Assembly: GCA_002811645.1 (NCBI GenBank)
Contig: PDIP01000022.1
Coordinates: 289,509-353,508, forward strand
Direction: 5' to 3'
DNA length: 64,000 bases
Source: Corallochytrium limacisporum Hawaii
Taxonomy: Eukaryota; Protista; Pluriformea
Below, in pieces: positions 43,860-55,417 of this stretch. Position numbers and translations under genes: made by a program. The stretch's first letter is position 1. Each line of letters opens with the position of its first letter. Below the pieces are notes generated by a model. That model saw nothing but the letters and a program-made list of their open reading frames with translations. It was not told the origin of the DNA and made no database searches.

Positions 43860-44909
43860 CTATTTCTTCTTCTTTCCTGAGGCGGCGAGGGCGGCCAGGT
43901 TCGCGGGTCCACCCCACAGTGACGCAAAGGTATCCCTTTCCACTGCCAGGGCACGTTCGTGCTCCAGTTCGTCCGCTGCCGCGACCATCCGCTTAATTCC
44001 ACGAATTGCGGCCACAGCTCCGCCACCGTCGAAGTAGTTGGCAGCCAAGAAGCCGCGGGCATGGCTGACGGCTTCTCCGGGAGGTGCGATCTCATCGCAA
44101 AGGCCCCAGGCTAGTGCCTCCTGCGCATTGATCGGACGGCAGGAGCCCAATGCTAGTAAAGCACGCTGGCGCCCCAGAACAGATACAAAACGGCTGCCAC
44201 CACCCCAACCTGGGCAAGTGCCAATTTTTGCATGCACGGAGCGGATGATAGCATGCTCACTGGCCATGATCCGATGGTCAGGAGTCAAAGCAAGTTCCGA
44301 CCCACCCCCAACGGCAGGCGCATCAATTGCTGCCACGGATATCAAAGGCAGTCGACGAAAGCGTGTGAGTAACGACTGCATAAAGCGGCACATCCGCAAA
44401 CCTTCAGATGGAGCAGCTAGGTGTTCACGCGCTGCTCTGAGATCGGATCCTGCTGAAAAGGCTTCCTTTCCGGCCCCGCGTAGGATCACCGCCATTCCTT
44501 GGTCCCACTTCTCCAATTTATCTACAATATCTGAGAATTGGGACATCATGACGCCACTCATGGCGTTTCTCGCCTTCGGGTTGTCCAGAGTTATGATCGC
44601 AGGACTGACGGCACCGAGCCCACTGTCGGAAGCGCTCGGGTCGGCCGCATCGTCGGGCAGCTCCAGGCGTACCTCTCCCTCACCGCCAATTGAACGAAGC
44701 CATTCTTTGGACTCATTGTATTCCTCTGCACTGATGAGTGGCACCGTGCCAGGTACGGCAAAGGTCTTTGCGTGAGCTTCATCTTCGTTCTCCGGATACT
44801 GGGTGGCAACGAAACGCCGTCCGCGGATCAAGGCAGGTACCGCGGGCCCACCCACGGGCAAAACTGCATTCTTGTGACCCAAACGTCGGGTTAGTTGTGC
44901 TAGTGCCAT
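43860..44909 (-). CDS. Crotonase-family protein, ethylmalonyl-CoA decarboxylase (ECHDC1)-like, with probable mitochondrial presequence
   Basis: NPKARNAMSGVMM, AFSAGSDL, AVGGGSEL, PGWGGGSR, ERDTFASLWGGPAN. Arg-rich MALAQLTRRL start; alternative ATG at 44972. Confidence 0.88.
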   Translation of the reverse strand: MALAQLTRRLGHKNAVLPVGGPAVPALIRGRRFVATQYPENEDEAHAKTFAVPGTVPLISAEEYNESKEWLRSIGGEGEVRLELPDDAADPSASDSGLGAVSPAIITLDNPKARNAMSGVMMSQFSDIVDKLEKWDQGMAVILRGAGKEAFSAGSDLRAAREHLAAPSEGLRMCRFMQSLLTRFRRLPLISVAAIDAPAVGGGSELALTPDHRIMASEHAIIRSVHAKIGTCPGWGGGSRFVSVLGRQRALLALGSCRPINAQEALAWGLCDEIAPPGEAVSHARGFLAANYFDGGGAVAAIRGIKRMVAAADELEHERALAVERDTFASLWGGPANLAALAASGKKKK

Positions 44910-45827
44910 GGTGTTTCGAATGGCACAGCACTGTACCGGTTCAATTGTTGTGAATTCTGCGGTGACCAGCATAGCTTTCGATCGCCAATCCGATCGAATA
45001 GCTGCCCACAACAAATGAGTGAGCTGGCACAGGTCTCACTTCCCCCTCCCGGTCCTCCCTGATCACTACTGGGGTGGGTCAGCAACAGCCACTGACAATG
45101 CGATTGACTACGATTCTAATCAATGTGCCCTTCGGACTGGCTTGAAGATGGTATTTTCATACATAATGAACCATTAACCAACATTTCGCGCCAGTCTACC
45201 TCAGACCCCATTATTATTCGCCCGATTTTCTATACAAATATATATAAATATTCCTAGATTCAAGATTGTATAGGTCCAAATGCGTGGACTCCTCCCGAGC
45301 CCGGTGAGGCTTGTGTGCCAGCGAAAAAAGCGACGCAGCTGGCCCAGAACTAAACTGCGATGGAACCAACCGGGGGGGAGAGAGCAAACGGTCTCAAAGC
45401 GTGGAACCCGGTACGCCAGCCACACAGCGAGGCAAGAAAACTGCAGGTTGTTCTTGTTAGGCCACGGCCCCTTCGGTTTTCGAGTATGTCGCCTGCGCCG
45501 GTTAACACTGCAATGTCCTCGGCGGCAGCCATTCTGTAAGCAATTGTGCCGGTCTCAGCATGAGTCGATGTGACAAGAGATGTTGAAAGTGAGTGCTTGC
45601 GAGGATGTGCAATTGAGGAGAATGTTGTTCTATTTCAAAGCACAAACTTGGAAGAATCGTACGGTTAATCGAACTGCCAACTGATCACACGGGTCGGACC
45701 TTCTGGGCAAAGAAATACACAAAGTGTTCCTACGACTGTTATTGTTCGTGAGAGACCGAAAGGTCAAAAGCTATCAGAAAGATACAATTTGGCTACAGAC
45801 AAGACCGGGCGGCAAACGAATATCGCC

Positions 45828-48800
45828 ATGGTCGACATTAACGGCGATGCGTTTTGTAGACGCATTGCAAAACTTTATACAAGCTGGCAGGTCCCAGAAT
45901 CTGTAGATACAAAGGATGTCGGAAGGGACCCGTTGTTTGTTCCGGACGCAAAAGTGTTATTCCAGAATGCAGATGCCCTTGTATTCAATGTCGGAAAAAC
46001 AGAAGAAGCGATCCTTTACCAGAAGTCAACCGCTCTGCAGGCATGGCTGCTGGGATACGAATTTCCGGACACGCTAATGGTATTCACAAGGCAGTCTGTG
46101 ATATTCATGACCGGTAATTCAAGATTGAAGCATTTGGATCCCCTCAAGGAAGCGCGCGAGAGATATCTCCGGGACCATTCGGCTCAGGCCAACGGAGGTA
46201 ATGACGCTAATAACATTAGCCCCAAGGCGCTGGTCGATCCAACAATGTGCCCTGAACTGAAGCTTTTGGTGCGCAACAATGATGTGGAAAATAACAACAC
46301 CCAGTTCGAGATAATTTTGGGCGAAATCGCCAAGAGTGGTTCAGGCAGCGTTGTTGGCATTCCTGCTAAGGACAAGTTTATGGAAAACAGTAATGCTGCT
46401 TACCACGCTTTCCAGGCCAAGCTCGCTGATCGCAAGCCAGGCTTCTCTCAGGTTGACATTAGCCCTGGTCTCGCTCGAGTATTGGCCGTGAAGGATCTCG
46501 AGGAGGTGGGAACCATGCAAAAGGCCAGCACGTACTCTGCTGCGATTATGGACCGCTATATTACTCGGAAGCTTGAAGTGGTTGCTGATCAGAAGAAGAA
46601 AATGAGCCACTTACAGCTTGCTGAACAGTGTGAGGCTGCTATTGCCGATCCCAAGCGTCTAAAATTCAGCATCAATGCGGATCTGGTAGACAGCTGCTTC
46701 CTTCCGATTATCCAGAGCGGTGGCAAATATGATTTGAGGGTCAGTGCCATGAGCAATGAGGATCAGGTGAAGACATCCGGAGTTGTAACCGCATCACTAG
46801 GTGCTCGCTACCGTTCCTACTGTAGTAATGTGGGTCGGACTTTCATGTTTAACGTTTCTAATGAGGTCAAGCGCAATTATCGCTTCCTTCTCAAGTGCCA
46901 GGAATATCTCATTAAGGAATTGCAGCCTGGTGTAGTTATGGGCGATGTCTTTCGCAAGTTTATCAACTATGTCCAGGATAACAATCCGGACCTTTTGCCA
47001 TACTGTGTGAAGAATGTCGGTTTCGTAACTGGTCTGGAATTCCGTGAGGGTTCCTTGGTATTTAATAACAAAAACCAGCAAGTTCTGCTGCCTAACATGA
47101 TGGTGGTGCTCAGTGTGGGCTTCCAAAACGTTCCCGCCCACCTTGGTGCGGATGACGACAAGAAGGAGAATGAGCAACCTGGCGTCTCCAAGCAGAGCTA
47201 CGCTCTTTTCGTGGCTGATACGGTTCAGATTAACAAACCCGGTCTCCAGGCTCGCGTCCTCACTCAGGAGTCTGTTAAAGACGCTGAGAAGATGCAATGG
47301 ACCATTGATGACTCCAAGCCGGCCGTGGATGAGAAGAAAGCTGCTCGCAACGGCGACGTTCTCGGTATGGCCGGAGTCGATGGACCCCGTACACGTGGTG
47401 CTCGCAATCGTCTGCTGGAGGAGCGCACGCGCGGTGCTGGTGCCGGCACACATGACGAAGAGAAGATGAAAGCACGAGAAGAGCACCAGATCCAGTTGAA
47501 GAAACGAATGCACGAACAGGGTGAACGTCGTTACCAACAGGATGCTGAAGGCGACAAGGAGAAGACCATGAAGGTCTATAATTCTTATCGCACAGAGGAT
47601 GACTTTCCGGCTGACGAAAGGGAGATCCGCGAGCTGCGTATCTTCGTAGATCGCAAGCGTGAGACCTTTATTCTGCCCATTTACGGTGTGCCGGTGCCCT
47701 TCCACGTTAGCACGCTCAAGAACGTGAACAAAACCGAGCAGGGAGAATACCATTATCTGCGCATCATCTTCAAGACACCCATTAGCGATCCGGCAAAGGC
47801 TGGTCAACCCCAGTACGCCCATCCGTATGCCCACTATGTAAGAGAGATGACATACCGCACCATGGATGCTGGTGCTGCCGGGTCGGCCAACCGCATTCTC
47901 AATGAGGCCCTGAAGCGCTTCAAGGAACGTGAAAAGGCCATCAAGGAACTAGAGGATGTCATTGAGCAGGATGCCCTGCAATTGGCCAAGGGTAACGTGC
48001 CCCGTCTAAACAACTTGAGCATCCGCCCCACCATTGGCCGCAAGATTCATGGCTATCTGGAAGTCCACACCAACGGTTTCCGGTATGTCAGTATCCGCAA
48101 TCAGAAGGTTGATGTCTTGTTCAACAATATCAAGCATGCCTTCTTCCAGCCCTGTGACCACGAAATGATCACCCTGATCCACTTCCATCTCAAGAATCCC
48201 ATCATCATTGAGAAGAAAAAAACCCGCGACATTCAGTTCTACGCCGAAGTTGCCGAGACCTCCACCGCTCTAGGCCGTCGCAACAACATGTATGACCGAG
48301 ACGAAATCGAGAGCGAAGAGCGCGAACGGCAACACCGTGCCCGCCTGAACAAGGCGTTCAAGAAGTTTTGCGAGCGAGCAGACGACTCCATGCGCGAGGC
48401 CGGCATGGACATTGAATTCGAGGTACCCATTCGTGAGCTGGGATTCATGGGTGTGCCAAACCGTTCCAACGTCTTTGTAATGCCGACCGTTAATGCTCTG
48501 GTATCCCTGGTTGAACAGCCAGCGTTCGTGCTCAGTCTGTCGGACATTGAGCTGGTGCACCTTGAGCGTGTAGAATTCCATCTGAAGAACTTTGATATGG
48601 TCTTTATCTTCAAGGACTACATGAAGAATCCAATCAAGATTGACTCTGTGCCCTCCAAGAACATTGAAACCATTAAGGACTGGCTTGACAGTGTGGATAT
48701 TCCGTTCTATGCGGGCCCCAAATCGCTGCAATGGGCAAATATCATGAAGCTTATTCGTCAGGACATTCCCGGATTCTTCCAGGAGGGAGAAGGTTGGAGC

Positions 48801-49166
48801 TTCCTCGAGGCGGAAGGCGACGAAAGTGAAGAAGAGGAGGTCCAGGAGGAAGAGTCCGATCTCGACACCGAGGAGAAGAAGGCGCGTAAGAAGAGGCGCC
48901 GGGCCGGCCTCGGCGGTGATGACGACTGGGCACCGGACTCAACAGATGAAGAGGTCTTCGAGGAGTCCGAGTCCGACTTTGACGAGAGCGATGCCGTTGA
49001 CTCCGAGGATGCTTCTGAGTTTGAAGCCGACTCAGAGGAGGACGAGGAAGAGGGTATGGATTGGGATGAGCTCGAGGAAGAGGCCCGAAGGGCCGATCGT
49101 AAGCACGCTGGCTATGACTCTGAAGAGGAGGATGATCGTCCTACTAAAAAGAAGCGCAGGCGGTGA
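45828..49166 (+). CDS. SPT16: FACT complex subunit Spt16
   Basis: KSTALQAWLLGYEFPDT, PIIQSGGKYDL, SLGARYRSYCSN, PVPFHVSTLKN, LEVHTNGFRY, acidic tail with DWDELEEEA. First ATG at 45828. Confidence 0.99.
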   Translation: MVDINGDAFCRRIAKLYTSWQVPESVDTKDVGRDPLFVPDAKVLFQNADALVFNVGKTEEAILYQKSTALQAWLLGYEFPDTLMVFTRQSVIFMTGNSRLKHLDPLKEARERYLRDHSAQANGGNDANNISPKALVDPTMCPELKLLVRNNDVENNNTQFEIILGEIAKSGSGSVVGIPAKDKFMENSNAAYHAFQAKLADRKPGFSQVDISPGLARVLAVKDLEEVGTMQKASTYSAAIMDRYITRKLEVVADQKKKMSHLQLAEQCEAAIADPKRLKFSINADLVDSCFLPIIQSGGKYDLRVSAMSNEDQVKTSGVVTASLGARYRSYCSNVGRTFMFNVSNEVKRNYRFLLKCQEYLIKELQPGVVMGDVFRKFINYVQDNNPDLLPYCVKNVGFVTGLEFREGSLVFNNKNQQVLLPNMMVVLSVGFQNVPAHLGADDDKKENEQPGVSKQSYALFVADTVQINKPGLQARVLTQESVKDAEKMQWTIDDSKPAVDEKKAARNGDVLGMAGVDGPRTRGARNRLLEERTRGAGAGTHDEEKMKAREEHQIQLKKRMHEQGERRYQQDAEGDKEKTMKVYNSYRTEDDFPADEREIRELRIFVDRKRETFILPIYGVPVPFHVSTLKNVNKTEQGEYHYLRIIFKTPISDPAKAGQPQYAHPYAHYVREMTYRTMDAGAAGSANRILNEALKRFKEREKAIKELEDVIEQDALQLAKGNVPRLNNLSIRPTIGRKIHGYLEVHTNGFRYVSIRNQKVDVLFNNIKHAFFQPCDHEMITLIHFHLKNPIIIEKKKTRDIQFYAEVAETSTALGRRNNMYDRDEIESEERERQHRARLNKAFKKFCERADDSMREAGMDIEFEVPIRELGFMGVPNRSNVFVMPTVNALVSLVEQPAFVLSLSDIELVHLERVEFHLKNFDMVFIFKDYMKNPIKIDSVPSKNIETIKDWLDSVDIPFYAGPKSLQWANIMKLIRQDIPGFFQEGEGWSFLEAEGDESEEEEVQEEESDLDTEEKKARKKRRRAGLGGDDDWAPDSTDEEVFEESESDFDESDAVDSEDASEFEADSEEDEEEGMDWDELEEEARRADRKHAGYDSEEEDDRPTKKKRRR

Positions 49167-49390
49167 AAGGCCAGTTCAAAGCCCACGCAAATGGACCCTG
49201 ATTTCCGTTCTATTTAACACAATACATCATCCAACAGCCAAAAGTAAGGTTGTTCACATGTTCCAAACTACGCAAAACACGTTTTATACAGAGCAAGTCC
49301 CAAAGGCAAAATGCATAGGGTTTCGAACCGTTCAAACACTTCCTAGAGTGAAGTGGGGTGCATGATGGCACGCACAATATTGCGTATCAT

Positions 49391-49774
49391 CTACCGTCGA
49401 AGGACTGCTCCCGCAGCTAGACACAGCCATCCGCCCATCAGCATGAGCCCGCCCCATGGTGCTGGTTGAGCATGCACCCTATTTTCAGTGAGAGTATAGG
49501 TGTAGCAGGCACCGCAGAAGAGAGTAGTGCCGGCCATGAACAACAGGGAGGCTAAATTGCCAGTGCGAGTGCCAAGGGTTGCCGCGTGAAGGGCAGCGAG
49601 AGAGTGGAAAAGTTGGTAGGTAGATGCCGTCTTAAAGATCTGAACTAATTCTTCACGCTTGCCGCGTAGACCGTGAGCCCCAACAGCGCCGGTTGCAACA
49701 CCCACAAAGCCGCTCACTGCGGCTACGGCATAGATCTGCCGGGAGAACGCGTGGCTATCCAGGAATCCAAGCAT
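49391..49774 (-). CDS. TMEM256/DUF423 small membrane protein
   Basis: GAVGAHG, TASTYQLFHSLA, GTTLFCG, APWGG. Confidence 0.92.
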   Translation of the reverse strand: MLGFLDSHAFSRQIYAVAAVSGFVGVATGAVGAHGLRGKREELVQIFKTASTYQLFHSLAALHAATLGTRTGNLASLLFMAGTTLFCGACYTYTLTENRVHAQPAPWGGLMLMGGWLCLAAGAVLRR

Positions 49775-50061
49775 CTTTGAGTTCTTTCCTTGGTTTGTGT
49801 ACGTTGGATAGTTGTGTGTATTTGATGAGGTGTTGACGTTTGAAATAAGCAATCCTTCCTAGTTCTACAGCACCAAAGATCCTGGTCAGCCAAATACCAC
49901 CCAACAGTTCCGCTACCACCCACTCCGTGACATCCCGTCAACCGCTGTCGTCACTCGGAGCCGCCCTTCCCCGGGGCGGGGAGAGGCAGGCGAAACTCAA
50001 CCTATCCCCCCATCAAAAACCGTTGCGTGGCTTGGCTTAGTACCACTGCCCTCCCCCCCCC

Positions 50062-50237
50062 NNNNNNNNNNNNNNNNNNNNNNNNNNNNNNNNNNNNNNN
50101 NNNNNNNNNNNNNNNNNNNNNNNNNNNNNNNNNNNNNNNNNNNNNNNNNNNNNNNNNNNNNNNNNNNNNNNNNNNNNNNNNNNNNNNNNNNNNNNNNNNN
50201 NNNNNNNNNNNNNNNNNNNNNNNNNNNNNNNNNNNNN
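50062..50237. other. Assembly gap within a C-rich tract between divergent genes
   Basis: Ns in the sequence. Confidence 0.99.
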
Positions 50238-50710
50238 NCCCTTCCCTCGATGGGTTCGGACGGAGCCGGCGCGCGCCACACTCTTCCCCATTTTATAATC
50301 GGCCCCCGATTAGTCTACAATACGCCCGGGCCTGCGGGTCTCACAGATAGTTTGGGGAGCCAGGGGGAGGTGCGGCGGGGCGGGGCGGTGGATGGGGGTA
50401 CGAGGCGGTCCTCGCCAATTACAAAGTGATGTTTAAGAACTTGGAAAGTGTGGTCCAAGCGTGTATTTAAGTACGGAATGATAGCTACATGAAAACGATT
50501 GGTAAGAATGAAAACATAGTCTCAACCTTGTTTGCGATCATCTTGAGAGCATAGAATACGGAAAGGCATTTACCTGCAAACCAAAAACAGTAGCGCTGCC
50601 TGACAGTATGCGGGATTCAACGTGAATTGTACATCACAAGCCCTACCAGGCGATACTAACAGGCATATTGGGATTAATTCAGACAGCAATAAGCTGCGAA
50701 AGTAAAAATC

Positions 50711-51286
50711 ATGTCCGATACAGGAAAGAAGCATGGCGAGGAGCTCGACAGCGTCATTGTAAACGCAGTCAAGGCGGCCATGCAAAGTACCTCGACCACA
50801 AAGTCAACAGAACATAGCAGTAGTCCTTGCTCGACATCAAACAGTGAGAAAAAACCACGAAAATCTTCTGCATCGACGTCAGTAGTGACTGCTTCTGGAA
50901 AATCACCGAGTAATGCGCTGAGCTTCCTCAGTAATCTTCCAAGTAGAGATCCGCAGGCTTTCGGATCCATGGGACAATTTACAGGGCGAAGCGGGTTTCA
51001 GCAAGGCACTCGACGTCAGAATGACGACGGACCTCACCATTCAGGACCAAGGGGACTTATTCTTACCAAGGACACCACGGATCCAAAGCCAGTACAGGTC
51101 GTGAACGAGAAACCAAATCTGCTGATTCGCACCTTCTACCAGGACACTGAAGGTCGAAGAAATAGGAACAGTCGGACCCGCCGTAACTCCAGCGAAATGG
51201 TAAAGGACAGTAAGAAACGGGGCCGAGATGAGGATGAAGAAGATAAGGAAGCACAGTCAGTGCCGAGTGAGAAAAGAAAGGCATGA
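50711..51286 (+). CDS. DDA1: DET1- and DDB1-associated protein 1-like
   Basis: Two DDA1 blocks: FLSNLPSRDPQAF (cf. plant LGDLPSFDPHNF, recalled) and VVNEKPNLLIRTFYQ (cf. TEVKNILIRSFYQ), followed by a basic KKR tail. Confidence 0.75.
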   Translation: MSDTGKKHGEELDSVIVNAVKAAMQSTSTTKSTEHSSSPCSTSNSEKKPRKSSASTSVVTASGKSPSNALSFLSNLPSRDPQAFGSMGQFTGRSGFQQGTRRQNDDGPHHSGPRGLILTKDTTDPKPVQVVNEKPNLLIRTFYQDTEGRRNRNSRTRRNSSEMVKDSKKRGRDEDEEDKEAQSVPSEKRKA

Positions 51287-51401
51287 ATCTGAATGCCCTT
51301 GAGGCATGTTTGCTTTGTCCACTCTTGCAGGTTCATCACTCTCCCAAGTAATATAGAATGTGGAAGAAAATCAGTAGCAACATGGATATCTTATGTCTGT
51401 A

Positions 51402-52883
51402 TTAGTCATCCTTCTTCTCTGTAGCAGTTTTGGTCGCAGGCTGACTGCTGTTGTCATCAGTTTGTGGGGCGTCAGACTTTTCATTGTCAGAGACTCCCTG
51501 CTCAATGGCAGTAATCTTAGCCAGCTGTTGCTCGTACTTGCGACTGAAAAATTCCATGTAGAAGTTTGCTCCATTCCACATGCTCCACATCAACACAAAA
51601 GCCAGGAACGATGTGTGTAGCACGAACGATTGCCACATGAAACCAGCTAAAGTGCAAGTGACCAAGGTCAGCGCTATGTGAAGGGTCATGTACATCTTGT
51701 ATTTATGGTAATCTCCGAACATCATCAGGTAACTCCGGAAGTATGGCATATTTTTCCAGACCAGGTCAAAAAGCGTCTCTCGTTCCTTCCTTTCCACCTT
51801 GCTCCGTCCCCATACAAACACGCGGTAGTAGTAAGCCCCAACCCATACAGAATACAAAAGGACTGTGGAAGACAGCACACCGCCCCAATCCCATCTGCAC
51901 TCATCATTGCTGCAGATTGCAAATTTTCCGTTCTCACCATTAGGGCCATGGTGCCATCGCAGACTCCAAACACTCAACGCCGGCGCCAAGTGGATGAAGA
52001 CTGATGTCATTTTGTCCACACTGTGTAGGACCATGGAGTTCCGAAATAACCCAATGCTCCAGCTCAACGGGCCGACAGTGAAGGCAAACAAAGCCTGGAA
52101 CAGCCTCGGATGGCTCCAAAGGACATAACTGTAAGCAATCAGCAGCACATTCACGTAGTAGCAGAAATCAAAAAGATAGTAATGGGCTGACATCTTGTGA
52201 TATGTGTAAAAGCGAACAGCCAGCAATGTGACAAACTGGAGGGCATGTAGCATCCAGTAGTCCAAGGGGAAGGCACCGAGGAGGTAGGAATTAGCAACCA
52301 AATTGAACATGCCCAGCGTGAACGTAACCTTGTCTCTTGTCCGAACGAATGGCGCAGATTTCATACGCTTCTCAACTTTGGTCCGCATGATCCGAGCCTG
52401 GGTCTTGATTTCGTCTGTTTTGCGCCTCAGGCGCTCTAGATTGCCCCCAGGTATACTCCGACTGGCCTTGTCCAAATGGAAATCATCCATGAAGCCAGCA
52501 AAGGGATCGCCGAAGCTCGGGAACTCTGGACTCATTGTCTGATCCCAGAAATCCTCGCTACTGGTTACGGAAGCACTGTCAATAGTATCTGTGTCCGGTA
52601 TGTCAGATAACCGCGCGGCTATGTGGTCCAGGGAGCCGGTGCCACCCATAGCACTAAGGCCTTTCATCGCCAACTCATACATGCTCTGTTTCCGGGGCGT
52701 GTATACTGGGGCTTCCGATAGACCCAGGCCTTGAGGGCTGTCTCCAGGCTGTGCCTCTGGCGGTGAGTCCACTGGAGTCTGGTTGAGTTCTGACTGAGTC
52801 AGATAGTCTGTCTTGTTCTCCTCATAGTTATTGCTCGCCTGACTGTAAGACTCGTCGCGAGCTGTCTCTGTATGCGATTCCAT
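51402..52883 (-). CDS. GPC1: Glycerophosphocholine acyltransferase (GPC1/DUF2838)
   Basis: DKVTFTLG, HYYLFDFCYYVN, FRNSMVLHSVDKMTSVFIHLAP, WNGANFYMEFFS. Confidence 0.92.
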   Translation of the reverse strand: MESHTETARDESYSQASNNYEENKTDYLTQSELNQTPVDSPPEAQPGDSPQGLGLSEAPVYTPRKQSMYELAMKGLSAMGGTGSLDHIAARLSDIPDTDTIDSASVTSSEDFWDQTMSPEFPSFGDPFAGFMDDFHLDKASRSIPGGNLERLRRKTDEIKTQARIMRTKVEKRMKSAPFVRTRDKVTFTLGMFNLVANSYLLGAFPLDYWMLHALQFVTLLAVRFYTYHKMSAHYYLFDFCYYVNVLLIAYSYVLWSHPRLFQALFAFTVGPLSWSIGLFRNSMVLHSVDKMTSVFIHLAPALSVWSLRWHHGPNGENGKFAICSNDECRWDWGGVLSSTVLLYSVWVGAYYYRVFVWGRSKVERKERETLFDLVWKNMPYFRSYLMMFGDYHKYKMYMTLHIALTLVTCTLAGFMWQSFVLHTSFLAFVLMWSMWNGANFYMEFFSRKYEQQLAKITAIEQGVSDNEKSDAPQTDDNSSQPATKTATEKKDD

Positions 52884-54028
52884 GGCTATGACCGAGTTCC
52901 TGTGCAATGATCAGGGGCTTTACAGTTGATAAACTCCATATGCCAATCTCATTTCTCCGAAAAGGGAACCGTCACTTAATCTAACACCCACTATGGCGTC
53001 GTGCGCTTGAACCTGAATACCATATTGCACCACTGAGTGAGTGATTCCCCGGGGTTGTCAACAACTGTGCGGGGATTCTATGCGTTTGTCTGCACAGGTG
53101 CTCACACACTGGAACCCTGGAACCCTGGAACTCAAAGAGCCACCTTGCGACCAACGCGGAACCGGGCCCGGCGGGTGGCAAGGGAACTGACGTTGGGTTC
53201 CGCCCGAAACGGGTGCCGCAGACAAGGGCAAAAACCGCCTTTGGCCCGGCGCGTTTTCGTAGCCGTCACACCGGGCGTTCCACGGGAGCGAGTCACCCGC
53301 TGCTGCCTTGAAAACGGATTCATTTTTTTTGAGCGCCAACTTTTCTTTTTTTCTCTTTCTCTTCATTTTTTTCTTTTTTTTTTCTTTTTGGTTCGGCCGG
53401 TCGGGCGGGTCGGTGGACAAGGCCCCCTTCTCCCCCGCCGCCCGCGGGGGAAAGAGAGAGGAAAGGGGACAGGGGACGTGGGGTATTACCCTGGTACTTT
53501 AACTATGCACCAAAGACAGGAGGGACCAACCCGGTGCTGCCCACACTGAGAAAACGGGGCACGCGAAATAGACCAAAATCAACAGCGTGTGCGTACGCGA
53601 GGGGAGGGGGGGGCCGGAATTCGGTCGCAAGTACCCCCCGTGCTTGAAAGGGTTACGGGACGAAAAGGGTTAGGGTGATGCTGATGGTGACCAATAGCAC
53701 AGGAGGGGAATCGCAAACGCCATATATTGGGTATGCCGTTGCGGCGTGTTGATTCCATCTCGTCGGCAGTGCGCAGGCCCAGCTTTTTTTTTTTGGGTGT
53801 CCATACTGGCATCACGGAAACTGGCTAGCTGATTGTTTTGAAGCGCTCTATCGCATGTGCACACGGTTTTAGTGCACTTCGGCAAGGATCAGACATGGTT
53901 GCCGTTTGTAGACTTGGTGACAGTCATGGTGTTTTGGTGTTGTCTCCATTGAGGTACTAGGGAGTGGACAACAAATCACGACAAGTAAAACAATCTCCGC
54001 ATCAAAATGGGATTGAGAAACTGTAATC

Positions 54029-55417
54029 ATGTCGGTTCGGTTGTATTTAGGCCTTTTCTGTGCGGCCATAGCCACTTTGATCGGCTACATCATTGATGAT
54101 CTTCGCCACATTGATCCCAACATTAGCACTGTAGTGACATGTAGACGATTCCCAGGGCTTTGTACAGTTGATCCTCCGATCAGCCTGGAAGAAAGCCCCG
54201 GCAGCGGAATTTTGCAGCGCATCATGGGAACACACAAGATTGGCCGTGCACGTAGACCCATCATGGACATCACCATGTACAGCGAGACCGGAGGCTGGCG
54301 CAAGAAACTCTGGAGGTTTGCGAAACTCAAACACTGGAATTATTGTAGTATCACCACCGAAGAATATTTTGTGGGAATGGCTTGGGTGAACTTTAATTAC
54401 CTTGGCGATGTCTTTGTGTACGTTGTTCCTTTGAAGGAAGACAGCCAGATGGGATATCTCAAGAAGTACGAGTACACGGGCAGGGTCCCCTTGGCGCGAG
54501 GCATAAGCAGCGCCCCGTCGTCTGGCGCTGGCTGTACGATCTGGCAGAGCGGAACAGATGAAAAGGCCCAGAACTACGCCTACATGAGCCACTGCCATAA
54601 TCAAACGTTGTACAGTGACCAAGGGGGCTGGGACATCAGTCTAAGCGTGCCCTTGGCACAACCGGATGAGAACCCGCAAGACAGCGGGCCAATACGTTTG
54701 GATCTGAGCGCTCAGGTTCGGCAAGAAGAAGGTCTGGTACTCATGTACCCCGTGCTAGGATCACAATGGTCGCCTGCGTACGTGCACAAGGCTGCAGGCA
54801 TGACCACAGGGGGTACCATGTCACTTACAGGCGTGCCCAAATACTGGTTCAAAAAGTCAACGAGTGCTATGGACTGGACTAAGGCTCATGCGGGCTACGA
54901 CACGCGCTGGCGTTGGGCTTCAGGCAACTTCTTCGGAGTTGCCGTGGAGGTGGCAAGCCCTAAAATTGATAAATCGAGGCAGGAGGTGTACAACGTCGGC
55001 ATCAACTTTTCCTCTCTAGTGTACGATATTGTCGCACCCACCGAGCAAGATGGGAGCCACTACAATGACAAAGCCGTGTCCGCGGAAAACGCTGTTTGGG
55101 TAGATCAGAAGATGATTCCACTGCGAAGGCAACTGGATTTTATTCTGCCAGAGAATGCGGAGCGAAGAGCGAAGGATCCGTGGCAGTTGCGCACCACGCA
55201 TCCTGACCCGAACATCGAAGCCATCGACCTAAACTTCCACCCGCATGGTCTCCGGGAGGACCACATAGATGCGATTGTCCTCAAGAGCGATTTTGTCCAG
55301 CCCTACGGCTATTTTGAGGGTAAAATCACAGTCACGGACGCACGTAATGGCATCACGTACACCATAACCGTCGATCAGCGCTTTGGCGTAGTCGAGGATC
55401 ATTGGGCCCGCTGGTGA
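54029..55417 (+). CDS. DUF2804-family protein with N-terminal signal/anchor
   Basis: LKHWNY, MDWT..RWRWASG, ENAVWVD, LNFHP, SDFVQPYGYFEG and terminal GVVEDHWARW. Confidence 0.85.
   Translation: MSVRLYLGLFCAAIATLIGYIIDDLRHIDPNISTVVTCRRFPGLCTVDPPISLEESPGSGILQRIMGTHKIGRARRPIMDITMYSETGGWRKKLWRFAKLKHWNYCSITTEEYFVGMAWVNFNYLGDVFVYVVPLKEDSQMGYLKKYEYTGRVPLARGISSAPSSGAGCTIWQSGTDEKAQNYAYMSHCHNQTLYSDQGGWDISLSVPLAQPDENPQDSGPIRLDLSAQVRQEEGLVLMYPVLGSQWSPAYVHKAAGMTTGGTMSLTGVPKYWFKKSTSAMDWTKAHAGYDTRWRWASGNFFGVAVEVASPKIDKSRQEVYNVGINFSSLVYDIVAPTEQDGSHYNDKAVSAENAVWVDQKMIPLRRQLDFILPENAERRAKDPWQLRTTHPDPNIEAIDLNFHPHGLREDHIDAIVLKSDFVQPYGYFEGKITVTDARNGITYTITVDQRFGVVEDHWARW

Noticed and set aside
53109-53131. Short tandem duplications: (CTGGAACC)x3 here, and a 15-bp duplication at 59163-59191
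   Set aside because: Consistent with ordinary slippage; no evidence of function and not a telomeric repeat.
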